Shown in pieces: positions 1 through 9,653 of a DNA stretch of 64,000 nt. Numbering within the stretch: the first letter of the stretch is position 1; every line of letters begins with the position of its first letter. The stretch spans positions 36,166-100,165 of the forward strand of contig JAQBGU010000181.1 of the NCBI GenBank assembly GCA_032128375.1, given 5' to 3'. The notes beneath the pieces are model-generated. The model saw only the letters and a program-made list of their open reading frames with translations, had not been told where the DNA came from and did no database searches. A program made the translations under genes and the position numbers. Origin of the DNA: Deltaproteobacteria bacterium. GTDB lineage: Bacteria; Myxococcota_A; UBA9160; SMWR01.

Positions 1-594
1 GACGCGGTTTGGAAATGCGGCGTGGTTCTCGATCGCCGGCCCGAGCCTCTCGACTGGCGCAGTGTCCGGATCGTCGACGAACACGACCGCGTGCGGGTTG
101 CCCATCGAAACGCACGAAACGCGAACCGTCTCGCCGTCTACTTCGAGTGGCACATCGAGTACCGGTGTGTCGTCATCTTCGCCTTCGATACGAAGACTCG
201 TCGGGATTTTCGCGGGCACAAGCACCGGCAGACCCATGTCGACGGTGATCTGTCCGGGGCCGGCCCAGGCCGGTCGCACAATGCCACTCAACGTCTCGAC
301 CGATATCTGCTGTGCGCTGGTGTGGCCGCGGTCACGTAGGAATTGGTAGAACGCGCGGATGCCGTTTGCGCACATCTCGACTTGCGAACCGTCCGCATTG
401 AAGATCTGCATCCGAAAATCTGCGGCTCGCGACGGCCGTACCACGAGCAGCTGGTCGGCCCCGATGCCGAAATGGCGATCGCACAGTTTCGACGCGAGCG
501 GTTCGATCGGCGGCAGCTCGTTCGCAATGCCGTCGAGTACGACGAAGTCGTTTCCAGCCCCGTGCATCTTGGTGAACGTCAGTTGGCGGTTCAT
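1..594 (-). CDS. dapF: Diaminopimelate epimerase (3' end runs off the window)
   Basis: Manual translation from ATG 594: MNRQLTFTKMHGAGNDFVVLDG; later GNPH and FPNRV motifs; GAGGAG RBS upstream. Absent from the ORF track because there is no stop in the window. Confidence 0.95.
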   Translation of the reverse strand, partial: MNRQLTFTKMHGAGNDFVVLDGIANELPPIEPLASKLCDRHFGIGADQLLVVRPSRAADFRMQIFNADGSQVEMCANGIRAFYQFLRDRGHTSAQQISVETLSGIVRPAWAGPGQITVDMGLPVLVPAKIPTSLRIEGEDDDTPVLDVPLEVDGETVRVSCVSMGNPHAVVFVDDPDTAPVERLGPAIENHAAFPNRV

Positions 595-670
595 CCGGTG
601 AACTCCTCGGGTATCGACTCGCTGCGGATCCGACGAGCTCGCCCGTGTCTTTGGTTAGAGATGCTTGCGC

Positions 671-853
671 TCATGGCTGGTCGGGTTCGCGCTCCGACTC
701 GTCGCGAGCCTCGTCTGCACCGGACGCTTCGGCCGTAGCCGGCGCCTCCGGTTCGTAGACACGAACCGGAGGCCCGTATTTCCCGCAGCCGAGCGCACCG
801 CAAGCCAGCACGATCGACACAATCACCGCGTTCGCAACCGATCTCAGCCTCAT
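671..853 (-). CDS. Small lipoprotein (YifL/LptM-like)
   Basis: Signal peptide, lipobox ALG-C, then CGKYGP (CGxKGP-like); typical position between argH and dapF; ATGA overlap with argH stop. Confidence 0.75.
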   Translation of the reverse strand: MRLRSVANAVIVSIVLACGALGCGKYGPPVRVYEPEAPATAEASGADEARDESEREPDQP

Positions 854-2493
854 TGCGGGTCGGCTCCCTTGTCTTTTGAATGAGAGTCTTTTGAATGAGA
901 GTCTTTTGAATCAGCGTCTTTTGAATCAGAGTTTTTCGAATCAGAGTCTCTCGAATGAGAGTTCCTTGGACGAAAGTCTTCGTGATGCAAACCTTCGCGG
1001 TATACGTCGATGCGATCCAATGCGCCCATGCGGCGGGCGGTGTCCGCTTCGGCCGCGCCGAGTGCCGCGAGAACCGTGTTTCGCGCGGTTCCTCCGATTC
1101 CGCTGCGAGCTTCGAGAGCCGCATCGAGAGTCGCGAGTTCGGCCGCTGACGCGTCGAAAGCTGGATGGAAGCCGCGCAGGTCGTCGACCGACAGCGAGCG
1201 CAGGTCGAGATCGCTTCTGACGCAATGCGCGACCGCGCGTCCGACCGCTTCGTGGGCGTCTCGAAATGGCACACCGAGCCGGACCAGCGCCTCCGCGAGA
1301 TCCGTCGCGAGCAGCATCGAGTCCGTGGCTGCTTCGGCCATTGCGTGAACGTTGACGCGCAGTGTTGCGATCGCGCCGGTCGTTACTTCGAGTGCGTCAC
1401 ACAGCGTGGAAGCGCTGTCGAAAACGGGTTCCTTGTCCTCCTGCATATCTCGGTTGTAGGTCAGCGGCAGGCCTTTCATGACCGTCAGTAGCGCCACCAG
1501 GTTGCCAATCACGCGGCCCGTCTTGCCTCTGACAATCTCCGGCACGTCCGGGTTCTTCTTCTGCGGCATCAGGCTCGAGCCCGTCGAGTACGCGTCGGAC
1601 AGCTCGATGAAGCCGAACTCTGCGCTGGACCAGATCACCAACTCCTCGGAAAGGCGCGATAAATGCACCATGCAGATCGCCGCGGAGGACAAGAACTCCA
1701 GCGCGAGGTCCCGAGATGCGACCGAGTCCATACTGTTGGCGGTTGGCTCGGCAAAGCCGAGCGCTCGCGCCGTGTACTCGCGATCGAGCGGCAGTGTCGA
1801 GCCCGCCATCGCGCCCGACCCCAACGGGCACTGTGTGATGCGCTCGCGCAGGTCGCTGAACCGCGCTGCATCCCGCCCCAGCATCTCGACGAATGCGAGC
1901 CAGTGATGGGCGAGTCGAACCGGCTGCGCGCGTTGCATGTGGGTGTAGCCCGGCAATACCGTATCGAGGTGCTCTGCTGCCCGATCAGTGAGCGCGCGAC
2001 GCAGCTCGAAGATCCCCCGCTGTGCGGAAGCAGCCGTTTCTCGCAGGTACATCGCCAAATCCGTGGCGATCTGGTCGTTGCGACTGCGCCCCGTGTGCAA
2101 GCGTCCGGCGATTTCGGGCCCGATCAGATCGCGCAGACGCGATTCGATGTTCATGTGAATGTCTTCGAGCGCCGGATCGAACGAGAAGGTCCCCGTCTCG
2201 ATATCACGGCCGATCTGTTCCAAACCCTCGACCAGCGCTTGCTCGTCGTCGTCTCCGATCAGGTCCACGTGGTGCAGCATCCGGGCGTGAGCGATGGAAC
2301 CCCGCACATCGAAGCGCGCCAGCGCGCGATCAAAGTGAATCGAAGCGGTGAATCGTTCGACCGCAGAGTCGATTTTCTGCTCGAATCGCCCGCCCCACAG
2401 CTTGGCTGAGGGTCCGGCGCCTTTCGGGTCGGACTCTCTCTGGTCGAAGCTTTGGTCGGAGTCTTTTTGGTCAGACTCTCGTTTGTCAGACAT
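850..2493 (-). CDS. argH: Argininosuccinate lyase with low-complexity repeat extensions at both ends
   Basis: LWGGRF, HTGRSRNDQ, GYTHMQRAQP and GSSLMPQKKNPD motifs. Start set at ATG 2493 (MSDKRES). Confidence 0.96.
   Translation of the reverse strand: MSDKRESDQKDSDQSFDQRESDPKGAGPSAKLWGGRFEQKIDSAVERFTASIHFDRALARFDVRGSIAHARMLHHVDLIGDDDEQALVEGLEQIGRDIETGTFSFDPALEDIHMNIESRLRDLIGPEIAGRLHTGRSRNDQIATDLAMYLRETAASAQRGIFELRRALTDRAAEHLDTVLPGYTHMQRAQPVRLAHHWLAFVEMLGRDAARFSDLRERITQCPLGSGAMAGSTLPLDREYTARALGFAEPTANSMDSVASRDLALEFLSSAAICMVHLSRLSEELVIWSSAEFGFIELSDAYSTGSSLMPQKKNPDVPEIVRGKTGRVIGNLVALLTVMKGLPLTYNRDMQEDKEPVFDSASTLCDALEVTTGAIATLRVNVHAMAEAATDSMLLATDLAEALVRLGVPFRDAHEAVGRAVAHCVRSDLDLRSLSVDDLRGFHPAFDASAAELATLDAALEARSGIGGTARNTVLAALGAAEADTARRMGALDRIDVYREGLHHEDFRPRNSHSRDSDSKNSDSKDADSKDSHSKDSHSKDKGADPQ
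871..975. repeat. 15-bp tandem repeat, about 7 copies (GTCTTTTGAATGAGA and variants), in argH 3' end
   Basis: Units start at 871, 886, 901, 916, 931, 946 and 961 and diverge progressively; encode DSHSK-like pentapeptides. Confidence 0.95.
2427..2490. repeat. Degenerate 12-15 bp tandem repeat in argH 5' end
   Basis: GGTCGGACTCTCTCT / GGTCGAAGCTTT / GGTCGGAGTCTTTTT / GGTCAGACTCTCGTT; encodes SDKRE-SDQKD-SDQSF-DQRE. Confidence 0.75.
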
Positions 2494-2629
2494 GCCCCAA
2501 ATCTCGGAGACTATTGGGTTTCTGGCAAGGGCCGGATTGACGAACCCCACGCTGCTCCGTAGCGTGGAAAAGTTCTTCGCAAGTCGCCGATCCGAAGATC
2601 GCCGATCATGACCCCAGCCAGCTCCAGAA

Positions 2630-2701
2630 ATCAAGAAGTCAGAATGTCAAAAAGTCAGAAAGTCAAAAAGGCAGAAGGTCGAACGGTCGAACGGTCGAAA
2701 G
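2630..2701. repeat. 8-bp tandem repeat, about 9 copies, in the divergent argH/aroF intergenic region
   Basis: ATCAAGAA GTCAGAAT GTCAAAAA GTCAGAAA GTCAAAAA GGCAGAAG GTCGAACG GTCGAACG GTCGAAAG. Confidence 0.85.
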
Positions 2702-2714
2702 GGAATCCAAACCC

Positions 2715-3830
2715 GTGATCATCGTACTGAAAGCCGACATCGCCGCAGACTCACCGGAGGTTCGACGAGTCATCGAACTTGCGGAGTCCTTTCCCGGCGT
2801 GACCACCGAGTTTCACCAGGTTCAGGGAGCGACGCGAACGCTGTCTGAACTCTATCTACTGGGCTCGACCGGGGTCATTCCCACCGATCCGTTCGCAGAG
2901 TTCGCCTGCGTCGAGAAGGTGGTCCGGATCACCGAGAAATTCCGTGCCATCGGTCGCCACGAAGACGGTCTGTTGGCCGTTGGGTTCGAGTACAAGGGGC
3001 TCCAGATCGGACAGGACAGCTTCCATCTGTTCCCCGGTTTGTGTGCCGTCGACACCGCCCAGAACGTAGAGACGATGTTCCGAGTGCTGGGTGAACTCGG
3101 TGTCCAGACGGCTCGCGCGGGAGTCTACAAGCCGAGAACGAGCCCGTATGACTTCCAGGGGCTCGGTGCCAAGTGTCTTCCGATGGTCTTCGAGCTGGCG
3201 GGAAAGTACGGCATTCGGATCGTCTCGATGGAAGTGACTCACGAATCCCAAATCGACGAGATTTTGGAAGCGCTCGAGAGCTCCGGTCAACCGACCGGTG
3301 TCATGATCCAGATCGGCACCCGCAACGCGCAGAACTTCGAGCTGTTGAAAGCCGTGGGACAACAGTCGGAACTTCCGGTGCTGTTCAAACGCGGTATGGG
3401 GATCACACTCTCCGAGTCACTGAACGCGTGCGAGTACGTCGCCTCGGGCGGAAATCGCAAGATCGTGTTCTGCTTGCGCGGAATGAAGACCAACCTGGGC
3501 GACCCCCACCGCAACTTCGTCGATTTTGCGCACGTTCCGGTTATCAAGCGACTGACGCGATTGCCGGTGTGTATCGATCCGTCACACTCGGTCGGCAGTC
3601 GCGCGATCGCGCCCGATGGACTCCTCGATGTCTTTCACGCCACCGCCCAAGGCGTCATTGCCGGCGCAAACATGGTCTTGGTCGACTTCCACCCAAACCC
3701 CGGCGAAGCGCTGTGTGATGGGCCTCAGGCGCTGCTGATGGATGAACTGCCGCTATTCATCGAAGACGCCATGATTGTCCGCGCGGCATACCAGGCCCGC
3801 TTGAACCGCATCGCAATCCCCCCGAACTGA
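2715..3830 (+). CDS. aroF: DAHP synthase, class I-beta, with N-terminal regulatory domain
   Basis: KPRTSPYDFQGLG, QIGTRNAQNF, KRG, DPSH and DGPQAL motifs. Confidence 0.9.
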   Translation: MIIVLKADIAADSPEVRRVIELAESFPGVTTEFHQVQGATRTLSELYLLGSTGVIPTDPFAEFACVEKVVRITEKFRAIGRHEDGLLAVGFEYKGLQIGQDSFHLFPGLCAVDTAQNVETMFRVLGELGVQTARAGVYKPRTSPYDFQGLGAKCLPMVFELAGKYGIRIVSMEVTHESQIDEILEALESSGQPTGVMIQIGTRNAQNFELLKAVGQQSELPVLFKRGMGITLSESLNACEYVASGGNRKIVFCLRGMKTNLGDPHRNFVDFAHVPVIKRLTRLPVCIDPSHSVGSRAIAPDGLLDVFHATAQGVIAGANMVLVDFHPNPGEALCDGPQALLMDELPLFIEDAMIVRAAYQARLNRIAIPPN

Positions 3831-3889
3831 GGTCCCCAATCCCGGGCTCTCGATCGGTAAAGACCAGCAAACGCAGTCGAACTGGAAAG

Positions 3890-6277
3890 ATGACACGCCG
3901 TCGCTCTACTTCGAAGCGTCCGCCCGCCAAGCGCGGCCCCATGCGGGCTGTACGCAATCTGCTCGCCGCGATTGCGCTGCTTGCTTTTGGTACTGGCTTC
4001 GCTGTCGCAGCCTTCGTGGCGCGACTCGACCGGGTGGTCACTGAGCGATTCGAGGGTCAGCGATTCGAAGTTCCGTCCCGCGTCTTCTCCACGCCGTCGA
4101 TCCTGTTCGCCGGGCTCGACGTGCGGCAGGTAAGTCTGCGAGACACCTTCGTGCGCCTCGGCTACCGCTCCGTCGAATCGAACCGGAAACCCGAGCAAGG
4201 CGAGTTTACCTGGGCGAGCGATCGGGTTCGAATTCACTTGCGCCCTTTCGAGCACCCCAGTCGTCGGGAGCCGGCTCGAGACATCGAGTTGCGCGTTGCG
4301 GGCGGGGTGATCGATGAAATTCGCGAACTGCCGAGCGGCCGAACCGCAAGCGTCGTTCTACTCGAACCCGAGCAACTCGGCGCGTACTACGGTCCACATC
4401 AAGAACAGAGGGAACTCGTCCGGATCGACGAAGTGCCCAGCCACCTCATCGCGGCAATCGTCGCGGTCGAGGACCAGCGATTCGGGTCGCACCCGGGGAT
4501 CGATGTCCGGCGCATTGTCGGTGCAATGCTCGCGAATCTTCGAGCGGGCAAAATCCGCGAAGGGGGAAGCACCCTCACACAACAGCTGGTCAAGAATTTC
4601 TTTCTGACGCCAGAGCGAACCTTCGAACGCAAAGCGCGAGAAGCTCTGATGGCGCTGATCGTCGAGCTTCGATACGAAAAGTCCGAGATCCTCGAGGCCT
4701 ACCTCAACGAAATCTATCTCGGCCAACGCGGTTCGACCGAGATTCACGGTGTCGGTGAAGCGTCGCGGCGCTTCTTGGGTAAAGGGCCCGGCTCCCTGAC
4801 GCTAGCGGACTCAGCGCTGATCGCGGCGCTGATCCAAAGCCCAAATGGAACTTCGCCGTATCGAAACCCCGAGGGGGCGGAGAAGCGACGAAACCTCGTG
4901 CTGGATCTGATGGTCGCACAAGGCCGCGTCGATCCCGAACTGGCGCGCGAGGCCGCCTCCGCTCCGCTGAATCTCGCAGCGATCACTCCCGATTCGGGAG
5001 ACACGCGCTATTTCCTGGATTTGCTGCGCCGACAGCTCTCGGAAAGCTACGACGCGAAGGTGCTGACCACGCGGGGCCTGCAGATCTACTCAACACTCGA
5101 GGGGCGCACCCAACGGCTCGCCGGCGTCGCGTTGCGCGACGGAATCGCGAAGCTGGAACGCGATCACCCGACGCTCGCGGCCAACAGTGCGTCTTCGCCG
5201 CTGCAGGGCTGCATCATAGCCATGCGCCCACACACCGGTGAGATCGTCGCGTTGGTCGGAGGTCGAGACTACCGCTTGTCGCAATTCGATCGGTGCACGC
5301 AAGCGCGTCGGCAGGCGGGGAGTGTGTTCAAGCCTTTCGTCTACATCGCTGCACTCGAACCTCGCAGCGGTGGCCCGAACATCACGCTGGGCTCTTTTCT
5401 GGACGATTCACCGTTCGAGGTCGAAACCACCAGCGGTCGGTGGAAACCTCGCAACTTCGACCACGAGTTCCACGGGCAGGTGACTGTCCGGGAGGCCATC
5501 GAACGCTCCCTCAATGTCGCCACCGCAAGGCTCGCTCAGCAAGTCGGTGTGGGTCGGGTGGCCGATGTCGCCCGTCGTCTCGGGATCGAAAGCAATCTGC
5601 CCCTCGTCCCGAGTCTGGCGCTTGGCGTCGCGGGGGTATCGCCGCTCGAGATCGCGCGAGCCTATTCGACGATCGCCAGCGGAGGAGTGCGCCCGCACGT
5701 GCAATCGATCGAGGACCTCGTCGATGCGCAAGGTCGTACTCTGGAACGTCGCGAACTCCGACTCGAACGCGCGATCGACGAAGGCACCGCGTATCTCGCC
5801 ACATCGCTGCTCGAGGGGGTTGCAACCCGAGGGACAGCCGCAGCAGTGAGATCGACCGGTCTTAGAGGCCACATCGCGGCCAAGACCGGTACGAGTGATG
5901 ACGAGCGCGATTTATGGTTCGTCGGGTTCACGCCAGAGCTCGTCACAGTTGTTTGGCTCGGCTTCGATGAACCGCGAAGCGTAGGTTTGGTTAGCAGCCG
6001 CGCTGCGTTGCCCGTCTGGCGGAGCTTCATGACAGCACTGACGGGTGGTGAGATCCGCGGCGGGTTCACACGACCGTCTAGCGTGACCGAAGCGGACATC
6101 GATCCGCTCACCGGCGCGCTAGCGGTATGGGGTTGTCCCGACCGGAGGCGCGAATTCTTCCTCGAGGGGACACTGCCTACGGAGGTGTGCCCCAGTGGGG
6201 CAGTGGCTGGAAGACGCGAGTCAGGCTTACAAAGAACACGCCGCAATTTTTTCGATTGGCTGCGCAATCATCAATGA
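3890..6277 (+). CDS. mrcB: Penicillin-binding protein 1B (TM, UB2H, transglycosylase, transpeptidase)
   Basis: EDQRF, GGSTLTQQLVKN, RK..E, YLNEIYLG, SVFK (SxxK), SLN (SxN) and KTG motifs. Confidence 0.92.
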   Translation: MTRRRSTSKRPPAKRGPMRAVRNLLAAIALLAFGTGFAVAAFVARLDRVVTERFEGQRFEVPSRVFSTPSILFAGLDVRQVSLRDTFVRLGYRSVESNRKPEQGEFTWASDRVRIHLRPFEHPSRREPARDIELRVAGGVIDEIRELPSGRTASVVLLEPEQLGAYYGPHQEQRELVRIDEVPSHLIAAIVAVEDQRFGSHPGIDVRRIVGAMLANLRAGKIREGGSTLTQQLVKNFFLTPERTFERKAREALMALIVELRYEKSEILEAYLNEIYLGQRGSTEIHGVGEASRRFLGKGPGSLTLADSALIAALIQSPNGTSPYRNPEGAEKRRNLVLDLMVAQGRVDPELAREAASAPLNLAAITPDSGDTRYFLDLLRRQLSESYDAKVLTTRGLQIYSTLEGRTQRLAGVALRDGIAKLERDHPTLAANSASSPLQGCIIAMRPHTGEIVALVGGRDYRLSQFDRCTQARRQAGSVFKPFVYIAALEPRSGGPNITLGSFLDDSPFEVETTSGRWKPRNFDHEFHGQVTVREAIERSLNVATARLAQQVGVGRVADVARRLGIESNLPLVPSLALGVAGVSPLEIARAYSTIASGGVRPHVQSIEDLVDAQGRTLERRELRLERAIDEGTAYLATSLLEGVATRGTAAAVRSTGLRGHIAAKTGTSDDERDLWFVGFTPELVTVVWLGFDEPRSVGLVSSRAALPVWRSFMTALTGGEIRGGFTRPSSVTEADIDPLTGALAVWGCPDRRREFFLEGTLPTEVCPSGAVAGRRESGLQRTRRNFFDWLRNHQ

Positions 6278-6389
6278 CAATTGACGATTCGAGATGGACG
6301 ATCAGCGAGCGTATCCAGTATCACTCATTTGAAGGATGCGGCGGAGTTGTTCGCAGCGCAGCGAGCCGTATGATAATTTTCGGAGCCTT

Positions 6390-6908
6390 ATGTCGCTGAA
6401 ATTTCGTGTCGCGCTGTTCGCGTTCGCCTTCAGTTTCTTGCTCGACGTCGGAACGAAGGTCGCGGTCGATGCGAACCTCGGTTACGCCGATCGGATCCCG
6501 GTCATCGAAGGCTTTTTCTATCTGACTCACGTTCGAAACACCGGCGCAGCGTTCGGACTGTTTGCGTCCGCGCCGAAGGGCCCGCGGCTGTTCTTTTTTA
6601 TCGCCGTCTCGATTGTCGCGGTCGGGATCATCATCTCGTTCTACCGCAAGCTCTCCCCCGGGGACCGTCTCGCGTCGCTCGCTCTCGGCTTGATCCTCGG
6701 GGGTGCGATGGGAAACCTGGTCGACAGAATTTTTCGCCACGAAGTTGTTGACTTTTTGCATTTTAGATTGTGGCGCGGATATGCGTGGCCCGACTTCAAC
6801 GTTGCCGACAGCGCGATCGTAATCGGGGTGGGCTTGCTCGTGTTGGAACTACTCGCGACCGAGGGTGAGCAACGCGCCAGCGAAGAACTCGACGGGTCGA
6901 ACGCGTAG
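6390..6908 (+). CDS. lspA: Lipoprotein signal peptidase II
   Basis: NTGAAFG, GAMGNLVDR, VVDF and FNVAD motifs; start moved to ATG 6390. Confidence 0.95.
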   Translation: MSLKFRVALFAFAFSFLLDVGTKVAVDANLGYADRIPVIEGFFYLTHVRNTGAAFGLFASAPKGPRLFFFIAVSIVAVGIIISFYRKLSPGDRLASLALGLILGGAMGNLVDRIFRHEVVDFLHFRLWRGYAWPDFNVADSAIVIGVGLLVLELLATEGEQRASEELDGSNA

Positions 6909-7053
6909 GCGTTTCTTCCAATTTTCTTCGATCGATGTGTGCAACCTCATCGGACTCGGAAACGCGTGTTCCTCCGCGAGGCTGGACCCCGTAAACATCT
7001 ACACCAAATTGTGATGATCGAACGCCTCGTTCGAAATGTAAATCGAATACTCA

Positions 7054-7083
7054 TTGACAAAGATCAGCGCCGTGCGATAGAAG
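7054..7083 (+). promoter_or_regulatory. Putative sigma70 promoter for the IclR gene
   Basis: Perfect TTGACA at 7054-7059 and a weak -10 (TAGAAG at 7078); palindrome TTCGA-N8-TCGAA just upstream. Confidence 0.4.
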
Positions 7084-7282
7084 GCAGACCTACTTACGCG
7101 GTCAACCGCGATTTATTCAGTTCGCAGGAAGGGTCAAAAAACGCGCCGGACCGACGGCCCAATCTGTAAGCAACAGCGACTGCCAGCTGATGGCTACATC
7201 GACTTCCTCCCCCCTAGTCGACACGCCCTGCTGGAAACTCAGCTAGATTTGTGCATGAGGGGGGTTGAGGGGTTGCAGACCC

Positions 7283-8080
7283 ATGCCGGAGAAGAAGCCG
7301 AAAAGCGACTACGTCATCCAAACCGTCATCAATGCTCTGCGACTCCTCGAGGAGTTTGACGGAGAAGACGAGCTGGGGGTGACTGAGCTGTCCCGGTATC
7401 TGAATCTCCACAAGAACAATGTGTTCCGATTGCTGGCCACCTTAGAGGAAGGCGGCTACATCGAGCAGAGCTCCGAAAACGATCGCTACCGACTCGGTTA
7501 CCGATGTTTGGAACTCGGCGAGGCGTTTTGTCGGAGTCACACGCTAATCGATCGCGCGCGACCCGTGATCCGAGACTTGGCAACCGAAGCCGGAGAGACG
7601 GCGCACCTCGCTGTACTGTCTGACTACGAAGTGGTGCACATCGATGCCGAGGTGTTCCAGCAACCGATTCTAACGGGCTCTCGGGTCGGCCAGCGGCTGC
7701 CCGTTCACTGCACAGCTCTCGGTAAGGTGTTGCTCGGATGCGCTACTGGCGAACTTCGCGAAGTCTACGATCGAACCGTCGTGGCCGGTCGCCCGCTGAG
7801 CCAGCGCACAGAGGTGACGATCGTCGACTCACTGAAGTTGTTCGAGCACATCCGGACGTCCGCCGGCCAGGGCTTTGCGCTGGATATCGAAGAGTGCGAG
7901 CACGGGCTCAATTGCGCTGCCGCACCGGTCTTCGATCGGACCGGCGCGGTGGTGGCAGCGGTTTCAGTTTCCGGGCCGTCTTTTCGGTCTGGCATCGACC
8001 GCCTGATGCGTGAGATCGTCCCGCTGGTGACCGCATCTGCAGAGCGCATCTCTCAGAGTCTCGGCCACCGCACGCACTGA
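7283..8080 (+). CDS. IclR-family transcriptional regulator
   Basis: N-terminal HTH (GVTELS..LHKNNVFRLLATL), HCTALGK, and GLNCAAAP..AVSVSGP effector domain. Confidence 0.93.
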   Translation: MPEKKPKSDYVIQTVINALRLLEEFDGEDELGVTELSRYLNLHKNNVFRLLATLEEGGYIEQSSENDRYRLGYRCLELGEAFCRSHTLIDRARPVIRDLATEAGETAHLAVLSDYEVVHIDAEVFQQPILTGSRVGQRLPVHCTALGKVLLGCATGELREVYDRTVVAGRPLSQRTEVTIVDSLKLFEHIRTSAGQGFALDIEECEHGLNCAAAPVFDRTGAVVAAVSVSGPSFRSGIDRLMREIVPLVTASAERISQSLGHRTH

Positions 8081-8108
8081 CCGGCCGCACTGACCGGCCG
8101 GACTGAAC
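8074..8108. repeat. 13-bp tandem duplication including the IclR stop codon
   Basis: GCACTGACCGGCC x2 plus degenerate GGACTGAAC. Confidence 0.85.
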
Positions 8109-8304
8109 AGCGCGTTCGCCAAACTCTCCTACTCGACGTGTCCGCGCGCGCCTGACGCGTGTCCCATGAGCCGCTCGAGAGGTCGGCCGATCCCCACAAG
8201 CCTTTGGATTAGCGGGGTTTTCGTCGCCTGCGAATCTGATAGACTCCGCGACTCGCCCGAGATTGGTGCCGACTGCGCTGATTCAGCGAGGACGAGGTGG
8301 CAGC

Positions 8305-9588
8305 TTGATCACGCGTGACGAAGCCCTCAAATATCACTCCGGGGGCCGACCGGGCAAAGTTGAAGTAACGCCGACCAAGGCAACGTTGACCCAGCAAGAC
8401 CTCTCGATGGCATACACCCCGGGGGTCGCTGAGCCGTGCCGAGAGATCGCGAGGGACCCCTCTGCGGTCTACAAGTACACAGCAAAGGGGAACCTGGTGG
8501 CAGTCGTCACGAATGGCACTGCAGTCCTAGGTCTCGGCAATATTGGCCCATTGGCAAGCAAACCCGTGATGGAAGGCAAGGCCGTACTGTTCAAGCGGTT
8601 CGCCGATATCGACGTGTTCGACATCGAACTCGATACGGCCGATGTGGACGAGGTCGTGCGCGCCGTCGAGCTGATCGCACCGACGTTCGGCGGAATCAAC
8701 CTGGAGGATATTCGCGCGCCCGAGTGTTTCGAGATCGAACGGCGCCTGCAACAAAGCCTCGATATTCCGGTCTTTCACGACGATCAGCACGGCACGGCGA
8801 TTATTTCCGCTGCCGCTCTGATCAACGCACTCCACATTACCGGCCGACAGATCGAAAACATCAGGGTCGTGGCGTCGGGAGCCGGCGCAGCCGGGATCGC
8901 GGTTGCACGCTTGATTCGGGACCTCGGCGTACCGCCAGAACACATACTGATGTGCGACAGTCAGGGAGTGATCCACAGCGGCCGCGAGGGGTTGACCAAG
9001 CAGAAGCTCGAGTTTGCACCCGAAACTGACCTGCGCACGCTCGCAGACGCGATGGAAGGGTCGGATGTGTTCATCGGCGTTTCCCAAGCCGGCGTCGTAA
9101 CGCGTGGCATGGTCCGCTCGATGGCGCGGGATCCGATCATCTTTGCGATGGCAAACCCGGACCCAGAAATCCACCCGGATGAGATCAAAGCGGTCCGCGA
9201 CGATGCCGTGATCGCGACCGGACGCTCTGATTTTCCCAATCAAGTGAACAACGTGCTGGGTTTTCCGGCCATTTTTCGGGGAGCGCTCGATGTGCATGCG
9301 AGCGCAATCAACGAGCCGATGAAGCACGCTGCGGTACAAGCGCTGGTGGAGGTCGCCAGACGCGGCGAAGAAGTGCCGTCTGCGGTTCGCAACGCCTACC
9401 CCGACGAAGTATTCGAGTTCGGGCGCAACTACATCATCCCTAAGCCGTTCGATCCCCGGGTGTTGCAGTTCGTCGCGCCGGCGGTCGCGAAAGCCGCAAT
9501 GGACACGGGAGTTGCACGCTTGAAAATCGACCTGGTGGAGTACAGTGCGCGCCTCGAGCAGAGGATCGGAGATCTCGCTCGGATCTGA
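8305..9588 (+). CDS. maeB: NAD(P)-dependent malic enzyme (MaeB-type, no PTA domain)
   Basis: [41 protein letters not shown] and [12 protein letters not shown] motifs; TTG start after GAGG. Confidence 0.93.
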   Translation: MITRDEALKYHSGGRPGKVEVTPTKATLTQQDLSMAYTPGVAEPCREIARDPSAVYKYTAKGNLVAVVTNGTAVLGLGNIGPLASKPVMEGKAVLFKRFADIDVFDIELDTADVDEVVRAVELIAPTFGGINLEDIRAPECFEIERRLQQSLDIPVFHDDQHGTAIISAAALINALHITGRQIENIRVVASGAGAAGIAVARLIRDLGVPPEHILMCDSQGVIHSGREGLTKQKLEFAPETDLRTLADAMEGSDVFIGVSQAGVVTRGMVRSMARDPIIFAMANPDPEIHPDEIKAVRDDAVIATGRSDFPNQVNNVLGFPAIFRGALDVHASAINEPMKHAAVQALVEVARRGEEVPSAVRNAYPDEVFEFGRNYIIPKPFDPRVLQFVAPAVAKAAMDTGVARLKIDLVEYSARLEQRIGDLARI

Positions 9589-9653
9589 TCGAATTTCCAA
9601 CAATTCCACCACCGAAACCAACCCACACTCCCAACCCAGAGAGCTGGATTCAC

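Noticed and set aside
871..975. Possible CRISPR array at this and other repeat clusters
   Set aside because: Units are 8-15 bp, directly adjacent, with no spacers and no cas genes in the window.
591..1274. 227-aa minus ORF with TLIQK repeats, and plus ORF 876-1220 with ESLLN repeats
   Set aside because: Alternative-frame readings of the 15-bp repeat within argH; they overlap argH and the lipoprotein.
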